Source: Heptranchias perlo
Lineage: Eukaryota
Reading direction: 5' to 3'
DNA: 64,000 bases
Assembly (NCBI RefSeq): GCF_035084215.1
Contig: NC_090326.1
Span: forward strand, 67,828,001 to 67,892,000
Shown here: positions 26,885-38,948 of the stretch, piece after piece
How the letters are laid out: each line of letters starts with the position of its first letter
Numbering within the stretch: the first letter of the stretch is position 1
The notes under the pieces: generated by a model
Seen by the model: the letters and a program-made list of their open reading frames with translations, nothing else
Told to the model about the DNA's origin: nothing
The model's database searches: none
Program-made: the position numbers and the translations under genes

Positions 26885-27030
26885 GGGAAATTATAAAAAA
26901 GTTCATGTTCACGGTTACACTCCACATGACTTTCAGCGGCCAATGGAAAAACCGAACAACTCGTAAAGTTCTATTGCAAAGTTGTAAATTTTCATAAAAC
27001 AACAACGGATTTATGACATTTCCCCATGAC
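26885..27030 (-). promoter_or_regulatory. Conserved Hox7-6 intergenic element/promoter (H8/7-6 four-cluster-sequence-like)
   Basis: Dense cluster TCGTAAA, GTTGTAAATTTTCATAAAAC, GATTTATGA plus CCAAT, CACATG and TTATAAAAAA, located between Hox7 and Hox6. Confidence 0.6.
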
Positions 27031-27951
27031 TATTAGGAGGCAGGTCCTAGACGCCATTTTTAACAAAGAGACAAGTTAAAATTGTGAAATTAATAAAGAT
27101 TTGTTCCACGGTTTTAAACATAAAATTCCAGTTTCTAAAGTCACATTATCATGATAATATTATCCGGTTGCAATTTGTAGTTTTTTTTTAACTAAAGTCA
27201 GTATTGTTTATACACCCCGGCTGCTATTGTAACGGATCAAGTCGGTTTTACGTATAATCGCGTCCGTTCTATCGATATTTTCTTTCTCGTTTTCTAGTTT
27301 TTTAATACGCTGCAGTTACAAAATGGGCATTAGCTCGCTCATTTTGAGCAATCTAGCTCCAAGTTACATTGTCGCACTCCATACATAACAATGTTAAAGA
27401 TGCGCTTGCCCAAAATTTCGTTCAACGCTCGACGATGACAGAGCGATTCGGCTCTTTTTTCCATTTTATATATTTGTTACTGAATCCGAATACCACACTG
27501 GACCATAATCTCATCTATACGACGTTTCTTAGACTACTCTCAAATGGAAACATGGGCACGATTTGGAATCGGATCCAAATTGTTTATTGGGAACTTTTGC
27601 CCATCTTTGCCCCAATTCGAATGCATTACATTTGAACATTGCCTTGTTTAATTTTTTTTTGATAATTAGTCAATTATAATCAAAATTGCGCAATTTTAGC
27701 AATCGATTTTTCTTATATTCGACTTTAATTATTGTAAAGGTTGCTTATTTCCTGGAGAAATCTATGTATCAATTTGCAGATTAAAAGTTAGATTAGAAGA
27801 CAATAAAGGAGCTACGGTGTATAAAGAATTATCTATTACTTTTGCAATAGTTCATATTTAATTCCTGTTAATAATGAAGTAACTTGTAACGAATCTTGCA
27901 GCCACTCATTTGGTGGTAATTGTTTGACTCAGACAAGAAATCGAGACCGGG

Positions 27952-27957
27952 TTTATT
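27952..27957 (-). other. Candidate HoxA7 polyadenylation signal AATAAA
   Basis: tttatt on plus; would give a 3'UTR of about 1.65 kb containing all five miR-196 sites. Confidence 0.4.
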
Positions 27958-28460
27958 CAAGCACCGTTTAATGTTTCTGATTTTTGTTTTCCTACAGAGA
28001 TTCCATTCAAAGTATACATGTCTGGAACGAATATATATATATTTAAATAGATTGCACCTTAAACCTTTAACATCAGTTATTATTTAACAACACATACACA
28101 AATTACAAAGCAAACTTTCGATTGACAGATACCACACCGAATATGGAGCCATAATATATTCAGTCGACAATACAGTTCGGGTTTTCTATTACTACATTTG
28201 GTTATTAGATATTTTTATTTTATAATTTAAACAGTACACGTGTATAAGACAACTGATACAACACACTTAAAAGAAACACGGTTACATTATTCAGTAATAC
28301 ATGGTTTCTTTGAAATCTTCAGCAAGTATATATTTTATGCCACCGATCAAAAAGTACTAATGCAATTTCCCCCTTCTAATATGACTATTTTGCTTTTTAC
28401 AGCAACGTATTTAAGCACAGAGCGAAATGATTCCATTCGCGTCAAACGTAAACCGGCATC

Positions 28461-29525
28461 TAGGTAGTTTTCAATATTTTCGTGTTTTAAAGTGGCTATA
28501 TACGCACCTCATTAAAAAACATACATCAGAATATATTTCACATTTTTACTCTCATATTATGGTACTTTTATAAGAAGTGCGAAAAGTCAAGACTCCCAGA
28601 ATAACACTCTCTGTCTAGAAACGAATTTTAAATTAAAACATTTAGGTAGTTTCCATAGACGTGCAAGATGTCCACTATTGTGGTTTAGGTAGTTACATTT
28701 CATTGCTATGTGAAAACAGATAATCTCTTTATTTTGTTAATCGAACGGTACATCTCTGAGTTAAGAGACACACTCAGAGAACAATTAAAAAAGAATATAG
28801 AACATAATAAAACGAAGAATTGTACAGTTAGCTTTACTGTTAGTTCTAGCAATATATGCTCGTGGCTAAAATACTTGATTTCTGATTGGACTGGAAATGA
28901 GCATCTATTATCACGGCATTTTTTATTTTGTGAATAGTAAGCAGAAGTGAATTAAAATATATGAAGAAAACGCGTTAACAGGTAAACTAAGTTTGCGAAG
29001 TAGCTCAGTGCATGAGATATATTTTATATCACATAGTGGTATAGGGAGTTTTACATTACATAAAATACAACAATGGTTACATTTTGTTTTCTCGGCTAAC
29101 ATTGTTCCTTTCGTTCTACCAATGGAGACCCAGAATCCGAATTCAATTCTTCATCTTACTAACGGAGAACAAGGGTTCCGAATTTAATTCCCTTTCATTT
29201 TATTATTGCGGAAAAAGATTCTCATTCCAACTAGGGAAAACACGGATTCCAAATATCATTGCTTTTCATGTTCCTACTGAGGACAAATATCCTAAATCCA
29301 TCCGCTTTCACTTTATTACTGAAAACACAGATTCTGAATCAAATTCCTATTTATTTTTTACTAATGCCGATAAAGATTCTGACTTCTTTTTTGGACTGAA
29401 ACCAAATCAGAGAACTTTAAATTCGAAAGGCGTGATTTCGGAAGAGGTTATTAAAACATATAGGTAGTATTATGAGTGCTGATGCACAGCATCTCTGTAA
29501 TAGTCCACTATTGTGGTTAGGTAGT
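28461..29525 (-). promoter_or_regulatory. Five miR-196 8mer target sites in the HoxA7 3'UTR
   Basis: TAGGTAGT on plus (ACTACCTA in the mRNA) at 28461, 28643, 28686, 29461 and 29518. Confidence 0.8.
29113..29388. repeat. Degenerate minisatellite (about 7 units of about 40-45 bp) in the HoxA7 3'UTR
   Basis: Recurring unit approximating TTACTAAYGGARAACAMAGATTCYGAATYHAATTCYTTTCAT. Confidence 0.6.
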
Positions 29526-29594
29526 CAAATGTCATCGTTAGCTGTTGAAGAACAGCTTTGTATATTCGCACAGTTCAAGATTCAGCTGAGAGTC

Positions 29595-29870
<276 letters not shown>

Positions 29871-30610
29871 TTAAATAATTACAAAATACAAGTAACCTGG
29901 ACAACCCATTATTGCCCTTTCTAACTTTCCCTCATCAATCTCCGCTCTTTCATAACTCATTACATCTGTGGCTGAGCAGAATATTCAGATACCAACGGTC
30001 CTGTGTAAGGTTTAAGGTACAAATAAACATTGGGATCGCAGCGGGTTCTTCTTCTGACAAAGTATTTAAAGATTAAAGATATTTCCTAAGGTTCAGTGGA
30101 AGTCACAATTTGTCCTTAACTGTCAAGTTATTTCCAAGCGGGGATCCCCAACGTTATTTCACTCAAGATAAATGACACCAATGTTAACATTTCAGACACA
30201 GAAATGACAGGTAACAAAAATCTTAAGCTTGCATTAATGTTTCTTCAAATGTGTTAGATCCTAACGTCATCAATATAAACCGCCATATCTACTCTGATGG
30301 GTCGAGCTCCTGTATTATGGTACGAAAGTGGTGCGTTTTAAATACGAACCTACATCTATAAGGGGGAAGCTTTATAAGGGCCCAAGGATCTTTCTTGAGG
30401 TGAAAAACAAGAAGAGAATGTCTTCAATCCCACGACCGTGCTTTATCTGTAAACACACTTTAGACCTGGAATATATCACTCTACGTTTACTCAAGAATAC
30501 ACGGCTTTCCCGCGTATCAGCAAAAAACAGTTCTTATTGATGTTGATAAAAGTGGGTAAACAAGCAATATGTGAGTTGCTGTTAACTTTAAAGGAGCGGA
30601 AGTCGACTGC

Positions 30611-30656
30611 TTTTACGAGGATTGTACTGATTAATTGTGCAATAAAAGTTTTATGA
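30611..30656. promoter_or_regulatory. HB-1-like homeodomain site cluster in the HoxA7 intron
   Basis: TTTTACG, TTAATT, CAATAAAA and TTTTATG within 46 bp, 150 nt from the donor. Confidence 0.6.
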
Positions 30657-30805
30657 TTGCTATCTGCATACAATGCCACATGCGTTTGAGGAACTGTTCC
30701 TCAGCTATCATTAAAACTCTTAACTACTTTCAGGATGTACTGGCGCTCATCTTTAACTGGCCATTTGCACGTCTCTCATAGCTATGTTACATTTATGTCC
30801 CATAC

Positions 30806-31199
30806 CTGCATTCCTCATCCAGGGGTAAATCCGGAAATTGCTCTCTGTTTGAGGGTGCACGTTTGTCTGATCCAATTTTTCGCAACCTTGTTTGCTCAGA
30901 TCGCTGCAAAGAACTGGAATGTTCTGGTCTAAGGCAGAGCAGCGCAGGTTGTAGGAATCTGAATTTAGGTTATAACCTGTGTTGTACATGGAAGGGCCGT
31001 GATAGATTGCACTGTTAACATTGTACAGCCCGGCCATCGGGGCTGGGAAGGCGCTGACGCCCGCTCCATAGCTCGATCTTTGTGAGTTGGTAGCAAAGGC
31101 GCAAGAAGTTGTTTCCGTAAAACCACTCGCGTTCTGGAAAACGGATGTCCCCGCCGTATATTTGGGAAAAAGAGCATTCACATAATACGACGAACTCAT
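30806..31199 (-). CDS. HOXA7: Homeobox protein Hox-A7, exon 1
   Basis: ATG at 31199, MSSSYYVNALFPKY; NFRIYPWMRNA hexapeptide; donor G|GTATGG (GT at 30805). Spliced CDS is 627 nt (208 aa). Confidence 0.97.
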
Positions 31200-31234
31200 A
31201 ATTTTGTCTGGTGATTTGTTGGCCAAGACTCTTC

Positions 31235-31365
31235 AGTGTCGGTTTTACGAGATAGCGTGATATATGGCAGCATTACACCCCCGATTTACACCAAACACCC
31301 ATTTTCCTTCGGCCCGACTTATTTCTATTCACGTGACCCGACCATGTGATCCCGTCACCCAATAG
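31235..31365 (-). promoter_or_regulatory. HoxA7 proximal promoter
   Basis: TTTTACG, GATTTAC, CACGTG (31330-31335), CATGTG and CCAAT directly upstream of the ATG. Confidence 0.55.
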
Positions 31366-32221
31366 CATTCCACATCACAGGTGGTAAATATCATGTTATC
31401 CGACTATTTTCAAAATAAAATTGAGCAAGAATCATAAAAAAATGTTTTACAACATTATTAATGTAGACAGATTGGGGAACTTTTAAAAGTAAGTGTCTTC
31501 TAATAACTACTCAACAAGCCATTGCCCCACATGCATGTACAGGTTTGGGGAGCGCAGGTATGTTTACAACATTTCTTTAAAATGAGATGTGTGATGAATT
31601 AGTAAATGTTGTAACGAAACGCTTATTTGGACCTGAAGAAAGAGAAGCTTTGATTTTACTTCATAGAAATAAGCCTGTTTCAATAATAGTAAGAAATCGA
31701 TGGTCATGTCGGATTAATGTTAAGGATCATTCTACATTTTGCGTTAAGAAGATAACGTTTAAATGGTTTGAATTAAAAGAAACAAGCAATTGCATTAACC
31801 CCCCCCCCCCCCCCCTGCAGTCCTCTCCTGTCATGCAGTACCATGGAAACACTGTACAACACTGGATAAACTGTAACACCACTGAATTAATTATCAATAC
31901 AGACCTAATCTCTAGATTATAGAACACGACACTGTGCGACTTTAGTGATGACTATAGATACAAGAAGATATAAGCAGCATTGTACAGGGGGATATCACTG
32001 TGAAGCCAGCTCCTGCTATTAACTCTGGTCTTTTTTAACATGCAAGCGTGTATGTATATTGATTTACTGAAGTGCACAATTTCATTTTGGAGACTACCAC
32101 GTTTCCGCTGACGGGTTTCAGTGCAATAGCTATTCTGTAGAAACCTCTTGGAGTTGCTAGGTAATCTGACTAGATCCCCGCAGGGGATTTACCCCGGCAT
32201 CATTTCCTCCTATTTTACAAC

Positions 32222-32342
32222 TTTTTTTTCTCTCTCTCCCAATCCTCCCGTTAGATCACAGAACTTGTCTCCGAAGCTGTTGTCCACAGTTTCCTTGCAA
32301 ATTCTCGAGTTACTCTATTTAGGAATTTAGTTCCTTTCCAGC
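32222..32342 (-). pseudogene. Possible highly decayed homeobox remnant at the HoxA8 position
   Basis: Collinear blocks GCTGGAAA-GGA / ACTCG / GAGACAAGT / AACGGGAGGAT / GAAAAAA resemble the LEKE, TR, ERQV, NRRM and KK codons, with indels and stops; significance untested. Confidence 0.25.
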
Positions 32343-32854
32343 GGAACTGTTGCTTTTATGTACAACATTAATAGGTATATTTGTCGGTGCTGTACGTAGA
32401 CAAGGAATCACAGACCACTATATTTACAACAGATACACCGTGTTACAACGATGCACCTGGTATGTTGAAAGTAAAGGATTATTTATTACAATAAAATATG
32501 TTTCTGCATTTCCGTCTGAGATCCTTTAGGAAACATTTTCTCTAATATCAGAAAATGTTATTTTCTTTTGATCTCTCGAGTCTCCTCTGGCAAGTCAAAG
32601 TCCTTGTGCTAAGCAGACAGGCTTTGTACCAGCGGGGATGTTTTAGCAGGAGGTTATTGCACTACATTCGTCCCTCGCTCGTTAAAGAACAATCTTTGTT
32701 TGATATACTTCTGGCCTATAAAACTGTCTGTAATCTCTATGTTTCCTGCACATTCCTAAAACGAAACAGCGCGCTAATGTAAACGCTCCGAGAAGGACTT
32801 GAGAGCACGCTATGTATTCTAAACTTTTCCTACATTAAAATATATTATCCGAAG

Positions 32855-32995
32855 TCGCGCTGTCAAAGAGTTTACCAGAACGACTGGGTGACATTTTAAT
32901 CGTGAAAATCCATAGCCCGCGGCTGTGTCGAGCAGAAGAGACCATTTATATTACAAACTTTATAAAACATATTTTCTAGATCTAAAATCTGTTCG
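32855..32995. promoter_or_regulatory. Candidate HoxA7 upstream enhancer
   Basis: CTGTCA (Meis/TGIF), TTTATA/TTTATAAAA Cdx-like sites and CpGs about 1.7 kb upstream of the HoxA7 ATG, similar to the position of the mouse Hoxa7 enhancer. Confidence 0.3.
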
Positions 32996-33870
32996 CTGAA
33001 TATAAGTTACCGATACGGTTTGCTCTTTGATTGTAAGGAATAAAACACTGCCGAAAACTTGAAAAATAATAATCAAAGGAAGGGGAGAGTGGAATAAAAT
33101 GCAATATAATTGAACGGATTAGCAGTAAAATCAGCATTTAATTCCTGTATTCCTAGTTCAATAATAAAAAAAGAACGCTGTTAACTTATGTAAAGCGTTC
33201 GCCAAGAACACCGACGCTCAGCCAAACATCCAAAATCTCATTTCATAATAATATGTAACAGATGACTTGCGAAAACTGATTTTCCCCTTCTAGTTTGCCC
33301 TTTTCTCCGCGACTTTATTTTGCCATTTCCCAAGGCTGTAAGCCTCCTCGCACATTGTCCTACGGACATTGAGACTCCTCAATCCCAGTCACACATGTTT
33401 ACGAATATAGTACAGATGATAACATTTTATACAACATTATGATTGCGCAATGTTCCATTATCACGTGAAATAATACTTTATTAATAAAACACTGACACGG
33501 TTTATTTAGCAACAATCCCAAATGCTTATTTTCTTTTATTACCAGGAATCTAAGGATGTATTCATTGCAGCATCGTTCCAGCAGGTCGAACCGAAGGAAG
33601 TACAGAAGCAAGAAAACGAGACACATTTTTAAGATGAACGAATACATTATTGTGGTTGTAACTTCAAATGTTACCGTACATTTTTGAAACAGGATACAAT
33701 TGATAACGTATTTGTACATATTGGTGGTCTGTAAACCATGCTGTCGTTATAAAATGAGGACTTTCAATATGTCTGCTGATCCACAACTGGAGACCAAGGA
33801 TGTCGATATCACTAAAAAGAAAATTCATCTGATAAATATTCAATTACACCAAATTTTACAAATGTACATA

Positions 33871-33915
33871 TAGATAAATAGACAGATTGATAGACAGATA
33901 GATAGATAGATTAAT

Positions 33916-33953
<38 letters not shown>

Positions 33954-34013
33954 AAGGTAGATAGATAGATATTTAGATAGTTAGATAGACGAGCAGACAG
34001 ACGACAGACAGAT
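33871..34013. repeat. (GATA)n/(GACA)n tetranucleotide microsatellite
   Basis: Long imperfect GATA array with GACA flanks. Confidence 0.92.
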
Positions 34014-34857
34014 GCAGTCACACTATGTTGCCGTCGCAGCGTTATTTTTTCCAGAATTTTAAAATTATAATAGCAAATTTTGTAAATTCTGAAGCCCGAT
34101 TTTGTTCTATATTTCCGGATAGGGTTACACGTACAATTATGGGTGTTTGCTATATTATTCCAACAGATTGTTAGAATGTTGTTGTAAACTGTTTACAGGC
34201 ACATGAAAAGACTTAATGCAACATTTAGAATGTGCTGCGCAGTAACAGATCATACTGAAAGTGCAGCTGGGAAACCTACATTTCAATTGACAAAGTAGCA
34301 AAGAGCACAGTGATCTCGGAACATATATTTGAAATGGAGTTGAATAATAATGTAGATCATTCCTGTCAGCATAACTTGAACTATATATATATCAATTTTG
34401 TTACACGCCATTTGCTGTGGTTTGGAATCTGTTGCATGGCTGTAAAAGTTGCCCATTCATTCTGTGCGATTTATTAAAGGAAATAGAAGCTTGCGTTCTG
34501 GTTTTTCTAAATTCTGGTTTAGTATTGTGTTGTGACAAGGAGTGCGCAAATTTTATAGAAAACAAAATTACATACATTGAGCTGGAGCTTGGAAAGAATA
34601 TTAATGAATTGGAGCATTGTTTTGTAATATATATCGTGAAATCATTATCATTCTCTTAATGGCAAGTGCGTGATTGATCTCAGAGTTTTTGAAACTAATA
34701 CACTACGTTTCAGTAAGATGAGGAACCCATCTGTTTTAGTTCCAAAACATAAAAACTATTATGAGACTAAAAGAGTTGCGCGATTTTGACTTTCTGATGT
34801 ATGAGGAAACTTAGGTGACGTTATTTAAATATGACAGTCGCACTGTAACAAAAGGTG

Positions 34858-34940
34858 TGGAGATGCCGGTGATGGACTGGGGTTGACAATTGTAAACAAT
34901 TTTACAACACCAAGTTATAGTCCAGCAATTTTATTTTAAA
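34858..34940. mobile_element. Short truncated fragment of a shark interspersed repeat (Penelope-like element end)
   Basis: GAGATGCCGGTGATGGACTGGGGT...TTACAACACCAAGTTATAGTCCAGCA resembles, from recall, the abundant elasmobranch repeat ...ACAACACCAGGTTATAGTCCAACAGG...; internal hairpin TTGTAAA-CAAT-TTTACAA and GGACT...AGTCC pairing. Confidence 0.5.
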
Positions 34941-35247
34941 ACAAAAGGGACATCCTTTGGGTTCGATCGTCGCTTTCATTCAGTCCAAGACCAATATGCG
35001 GGAGGTTTTATAGAATCTTTCCATTGAATAAAATGTATACATATAAGTATATATGCAGCAGTTTCACCCAACGAGAAAATATTATGTGAGCATCTTCATA
35101 AAAAGTTAGACCTGTATCCTCCCCATTGACTTCGTTTGTTACCATTATAAAATTTGACCAAGTTATTAATGATTTTATAAAAATTCTAAAAGTTACTATA
35201 CAGTTAAGTACATTCAACGTGTATTTGACGATATGCCCACATTAACG

Positions 35248-35300
35248 CTATCCATCTAGCCACCTATCTATCCATTATCTATCTATTTATCTATCTATCT
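35248..35300. repeat. (CTAT)n imperfect microsatellite
   Basis: Visible CTAT/CCAT units. Confidence 0.7.
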
Positions 35301-36177
35301 AACTGCATAGTGTATTTTGTTCGGGAAATTATATTGCAATTGTACAGACTTTAACTCTTGTTCTACGTGCATTTCGTTCTCTGTGTATGTATATAAAATA
35401 AAAATAATCAACTATTTTACAAATCTCTCGTATGTGTATACAAATATATATATATATATATTATTCGGTGAATTTTACTTTATGACTAAATATCATATTT
35501 ACCGTGTCCATAGACGCGGCTTCATAGATTACAACAATATGAAGCGGGGTCATAAAATAAATAGAAGAATTAATTATTGTGAGTTACTTTTCCCACCTCA
35601 AGGATATGTCACATTTAACATTTGATTCTTACTGGCCTCCCTGGAGAATGTCAAGATAAATAAGTGTACTTGCATATGTATTTAAATATGTGAACGCACG
35701 CATGTATGTACGTATGTTATATATGTGTGTATGGAAGTGCGTACATATTCATGCACGTAGTTATATATGTGCGTGGTTGTTTTATGTACGGATGGTTATA
35801 TAACAGGTCACGTTATTTCACCTTCAGATATTCACAAACTTTTAATCGCTTTCCCCTGTTGCACACTGCACAGTAGACTGAGGAACAAAGTGGAAGATAA
35901 TCAATTTAAATCGTGTTATTGTACATTAAAAATAAAACACTAAAGTACAAATGGATTTCTAAACCTCGTGTCAAGTGGAATTAATCTGTCCTCAAATGAG
36001 TTGATGGATTCAAAATGAATATACTCCATCGACCTCAGTCCTTTTTTACAAGTGTCATTTGTGGTAGATGTTTTCATCCTATTTACAACCTACTGTATAA
36101 ATAAATCCCAGTTTATAGCAGTTATTGCACTTTTTGGCAGCTTGGCGGCACTATTTTTAAATTGTTCAGTGGATTAA

Positions 36178-36211
36178 CACTGCCATCTCCTGGTTATAAA
36201 GGAAAACTGCA
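36178..36211 (-). promoter_or_regulatory. CTCF site with upstream motif between HoxA7 and HoxA9 (C7|9-like)
   Basis: Minus strand TGCAGTTTTCC-tttataa-CCAGGAGATGGCAGTG: strong core plus a TGCAG upstream module. Confidence 0.7.
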
Positions 36212-38035
36212 ACGAGGGAATTGATGTCAGAGAATGCATAGTAAACAGTTTCTAAACTGCACAGAACCTAGTACCTACATATATTTTTTGACCGTATATT
36301 TTCCTATACATACCAAATGTAATTGTAAATAGTGTTAAGCCACTCTTCAAAATAACTAAAGAACTGTTATTTTTCCACTAGACGCAATAAATTAGTAAAG
36401 AGATATTTGAGGGGCCCACGTTAGAGACGAGACTAATAAAGGTCGTTATTTCCGCAGACCCTTTTGTCTAAGCAGCCAGACAAAACAAATGGATGGCCTT
36501 CTCTGGAAAAATACTGATTGTAGCTGGACAGTTGTAAACTCATTAAAACCCGAATTCCAGACGGCTTGCCAGACCCTTCATTTTATTGCAAGTCTCCCTG
36601 TTTAGTCTTTGAAGTTCCATCTGCAACAACAGAGGGCGTCACAACATTATACCCCTCCAGACTGAACACTAAAAGATAAACAAGAGAGTTCAATTTAGAA
36701 ACTGTTTTAATAGCATAATAAAAATCTATTTTAATAATTGTAATCCGATTCAAGTGTTTGCTGCCAGATAGTGAGGAATAATGCAAATGTAAGATCGTCA
36801 GTGTCGTGTTTATGTACTTCGCCCCTTAACCTCCAGCGTTTTACACCCCATAAACGCTTACAGCAGTCATTTTCTTTTATTGCGGTACACCACTCTGAAT
36901 TTTACTAACGACAGTCTCTGCCAAGACTTGCAACTGCTCGGGCCTCTCTGTCCAGTTTCCAAATCATTTGAATCTCACTAAATCTATCCAAACTGTCTTC
37001 GGGGTCTTAAAAAGTTACTAGGGATCTTACAGTTGGAAAGGAAGTTGCATAAATGACCATGCCGTGCACAATTTTTTTGTTAGCGGTAAGACGCCTTAGA
37101 CTAATTTAACTTTCTTTGCTTCCTAAGGATCTGACTCTTTTGTGCTGACCAGTTAAAGAAATGGCGGCAGGGATTGGTGTCAGTGCGGATTTTGAAAATT
37201 ATTTACCTCTTTATAATATGTGAAATCCCAACAATTTTGGAGCTCGATACATGGACAAGCAACTCAAGATTGTTCATTTCCACTTTCAGCAGAAGTACTG
37301 CATTATTTGAATAAGTAACCCACAACAAATCATATAAATAATCAACGGCCTTGGCGCATGGCCAGGCGGCAAAGAGAAGTTGTTAGAGCACAGTTTTGCA
37401 CGTTCTCGGGTTAATTGGTGATAACTGAGCGTTAAGCTCAAACGTATTCAGAACCTTTGTCATCAGATCCGCTTCCAAGACAACGTTGTTACATCGCAGT
37501 TTATATTTCCTTCTATCAGAAACCCCAACCTCAGTCTAATTTTAGTAACCCACTAAATATGCTGACATATCAGCTAAGGCGATAACAGTCGTTGCGATGT
37601 TTATTGCTGAAAACACAAACTTTGAGTTACGCTTTGAATGTCAGAATTTGGAAAGAAAAATGCCAGTAGCTGTCGTAAAGAATCTCGCTAAATTTTGCAA
37701 AATTGGAAGTGTTGATATAAGCGACGAAAAGTTAAATATTAGTAAAGGGGATTATTTTCGTGAAATTGACAAACTTTATTCCGTATATTGCATTAACTCG
37801 CTGCTGTTCGCCTGGAAGATTACGTTTTGATTCGCATTTTTGAAATGTTATATATCTCTAAATGGAGTTATCGTTTATATTTGAAAATGTTGCTGTTCAG
37901 TACGGCGAGTTTTCAAAATAATGAAATATTGGTGAAATAAATAAATGTAATCGTGGACAGAGTTCCATGAGGGATGTTTGCATATGTTGAGCTCCATAAA
38001 GAGAAAGCATATTTTATATGTAGTGAAACATATAT

Positions 38036-38041
38036 TTTATT
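38036..38041 (-). other. Candidate HoxA9 polyadenylation signal AATAAA
   Basis: tttatt on plus, about 1.15 kb after the stop codon. Confidence 0.45.
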
Positions 38042-38322
38042 AGACAACAAATAAAATGACATTTCATTACAAACAGTATGGTTTGGTCAATATGACACGA
38101 GGTATTCATTTCAAACGTGTACACAAGTGTAAATATGTTAGCTCTACAGGTCTAAAGACAATCCCCATTTAACGCACATTAGTGGTACATGTTCTTCCTA
38201 TTGCACGCAGATATTTTCCTTGTATTGTACACATTACATTTATTGACAATATTGTTTGTTTATTTATTCCATCGCATAAATGCGTCAAAACAATATTAAG
38301 GGTGACATTTACACACAAAACA

Positions 38323-38948
38323 TAGGTAGTTACTAGTTATACATATAGGTAGTTTTAAACCAAATCTTATACTTTTCTTTGCACCACAACACTGATAAAT
38401 ACAAAGTGTCTGAGAACTTTATTCGTGCTTTTATCACAACAGACAAGAGTATCGAGTAGCATTATGCTCAGCGCCGCTCTTTGAAATAAAACTTATATTA
38501 GCATTCTATGCAATTCAGTTTCATATAATTTCTGAAGAACAACACAATCGTCATGCACCCCGGGCAAGGCCGTTACTCAGTCTCACGAAGTCAGCATAAA
38601 ACCCGGAGTTTCTACAAGTTAATTCACAGTGAAAATAATACAATATATGTTCCAAGTTCACCACGAAAATAACATTTCATATGCACTACACAGCTTGTTA
38701 TCGTTATATTAAACATCCTGAGTTAAATTGAGATTTTTCTTTTGTTTGTTTACACGATCTTTACTCAGACACCGCCCAAGCACAGAGGCCCAGTCACAGA
38801 GATAATCACCACAACAGACACAAGGATTCAAGTATATAGGCAGCCTCGTTTGCTGCATGTAAAACAAGTAAATATTGAACTAATACAGTATTACTGAATT
38901 ACTGTCCACACAGAATAGCGGTGGATTAAGAGAAGGTAGTTTTCATGT
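38323..38948 (-). promoter_or_regulatory. miR-196 target sites in the HoxA9 3'UTR
   Basis: 8mers at 38323-38330 and 38346-38353; a 7mer-m8 at 38934-38940 with extended complementarity to 38948. Confidence 0.7.

Noticed and set aside
29084-29467. 127-aa plus-strand ORF as a protein-coding gene
   Set aside because: Non-AUG start, no recognisable domain, and the open frame is explained by the minisatellite.
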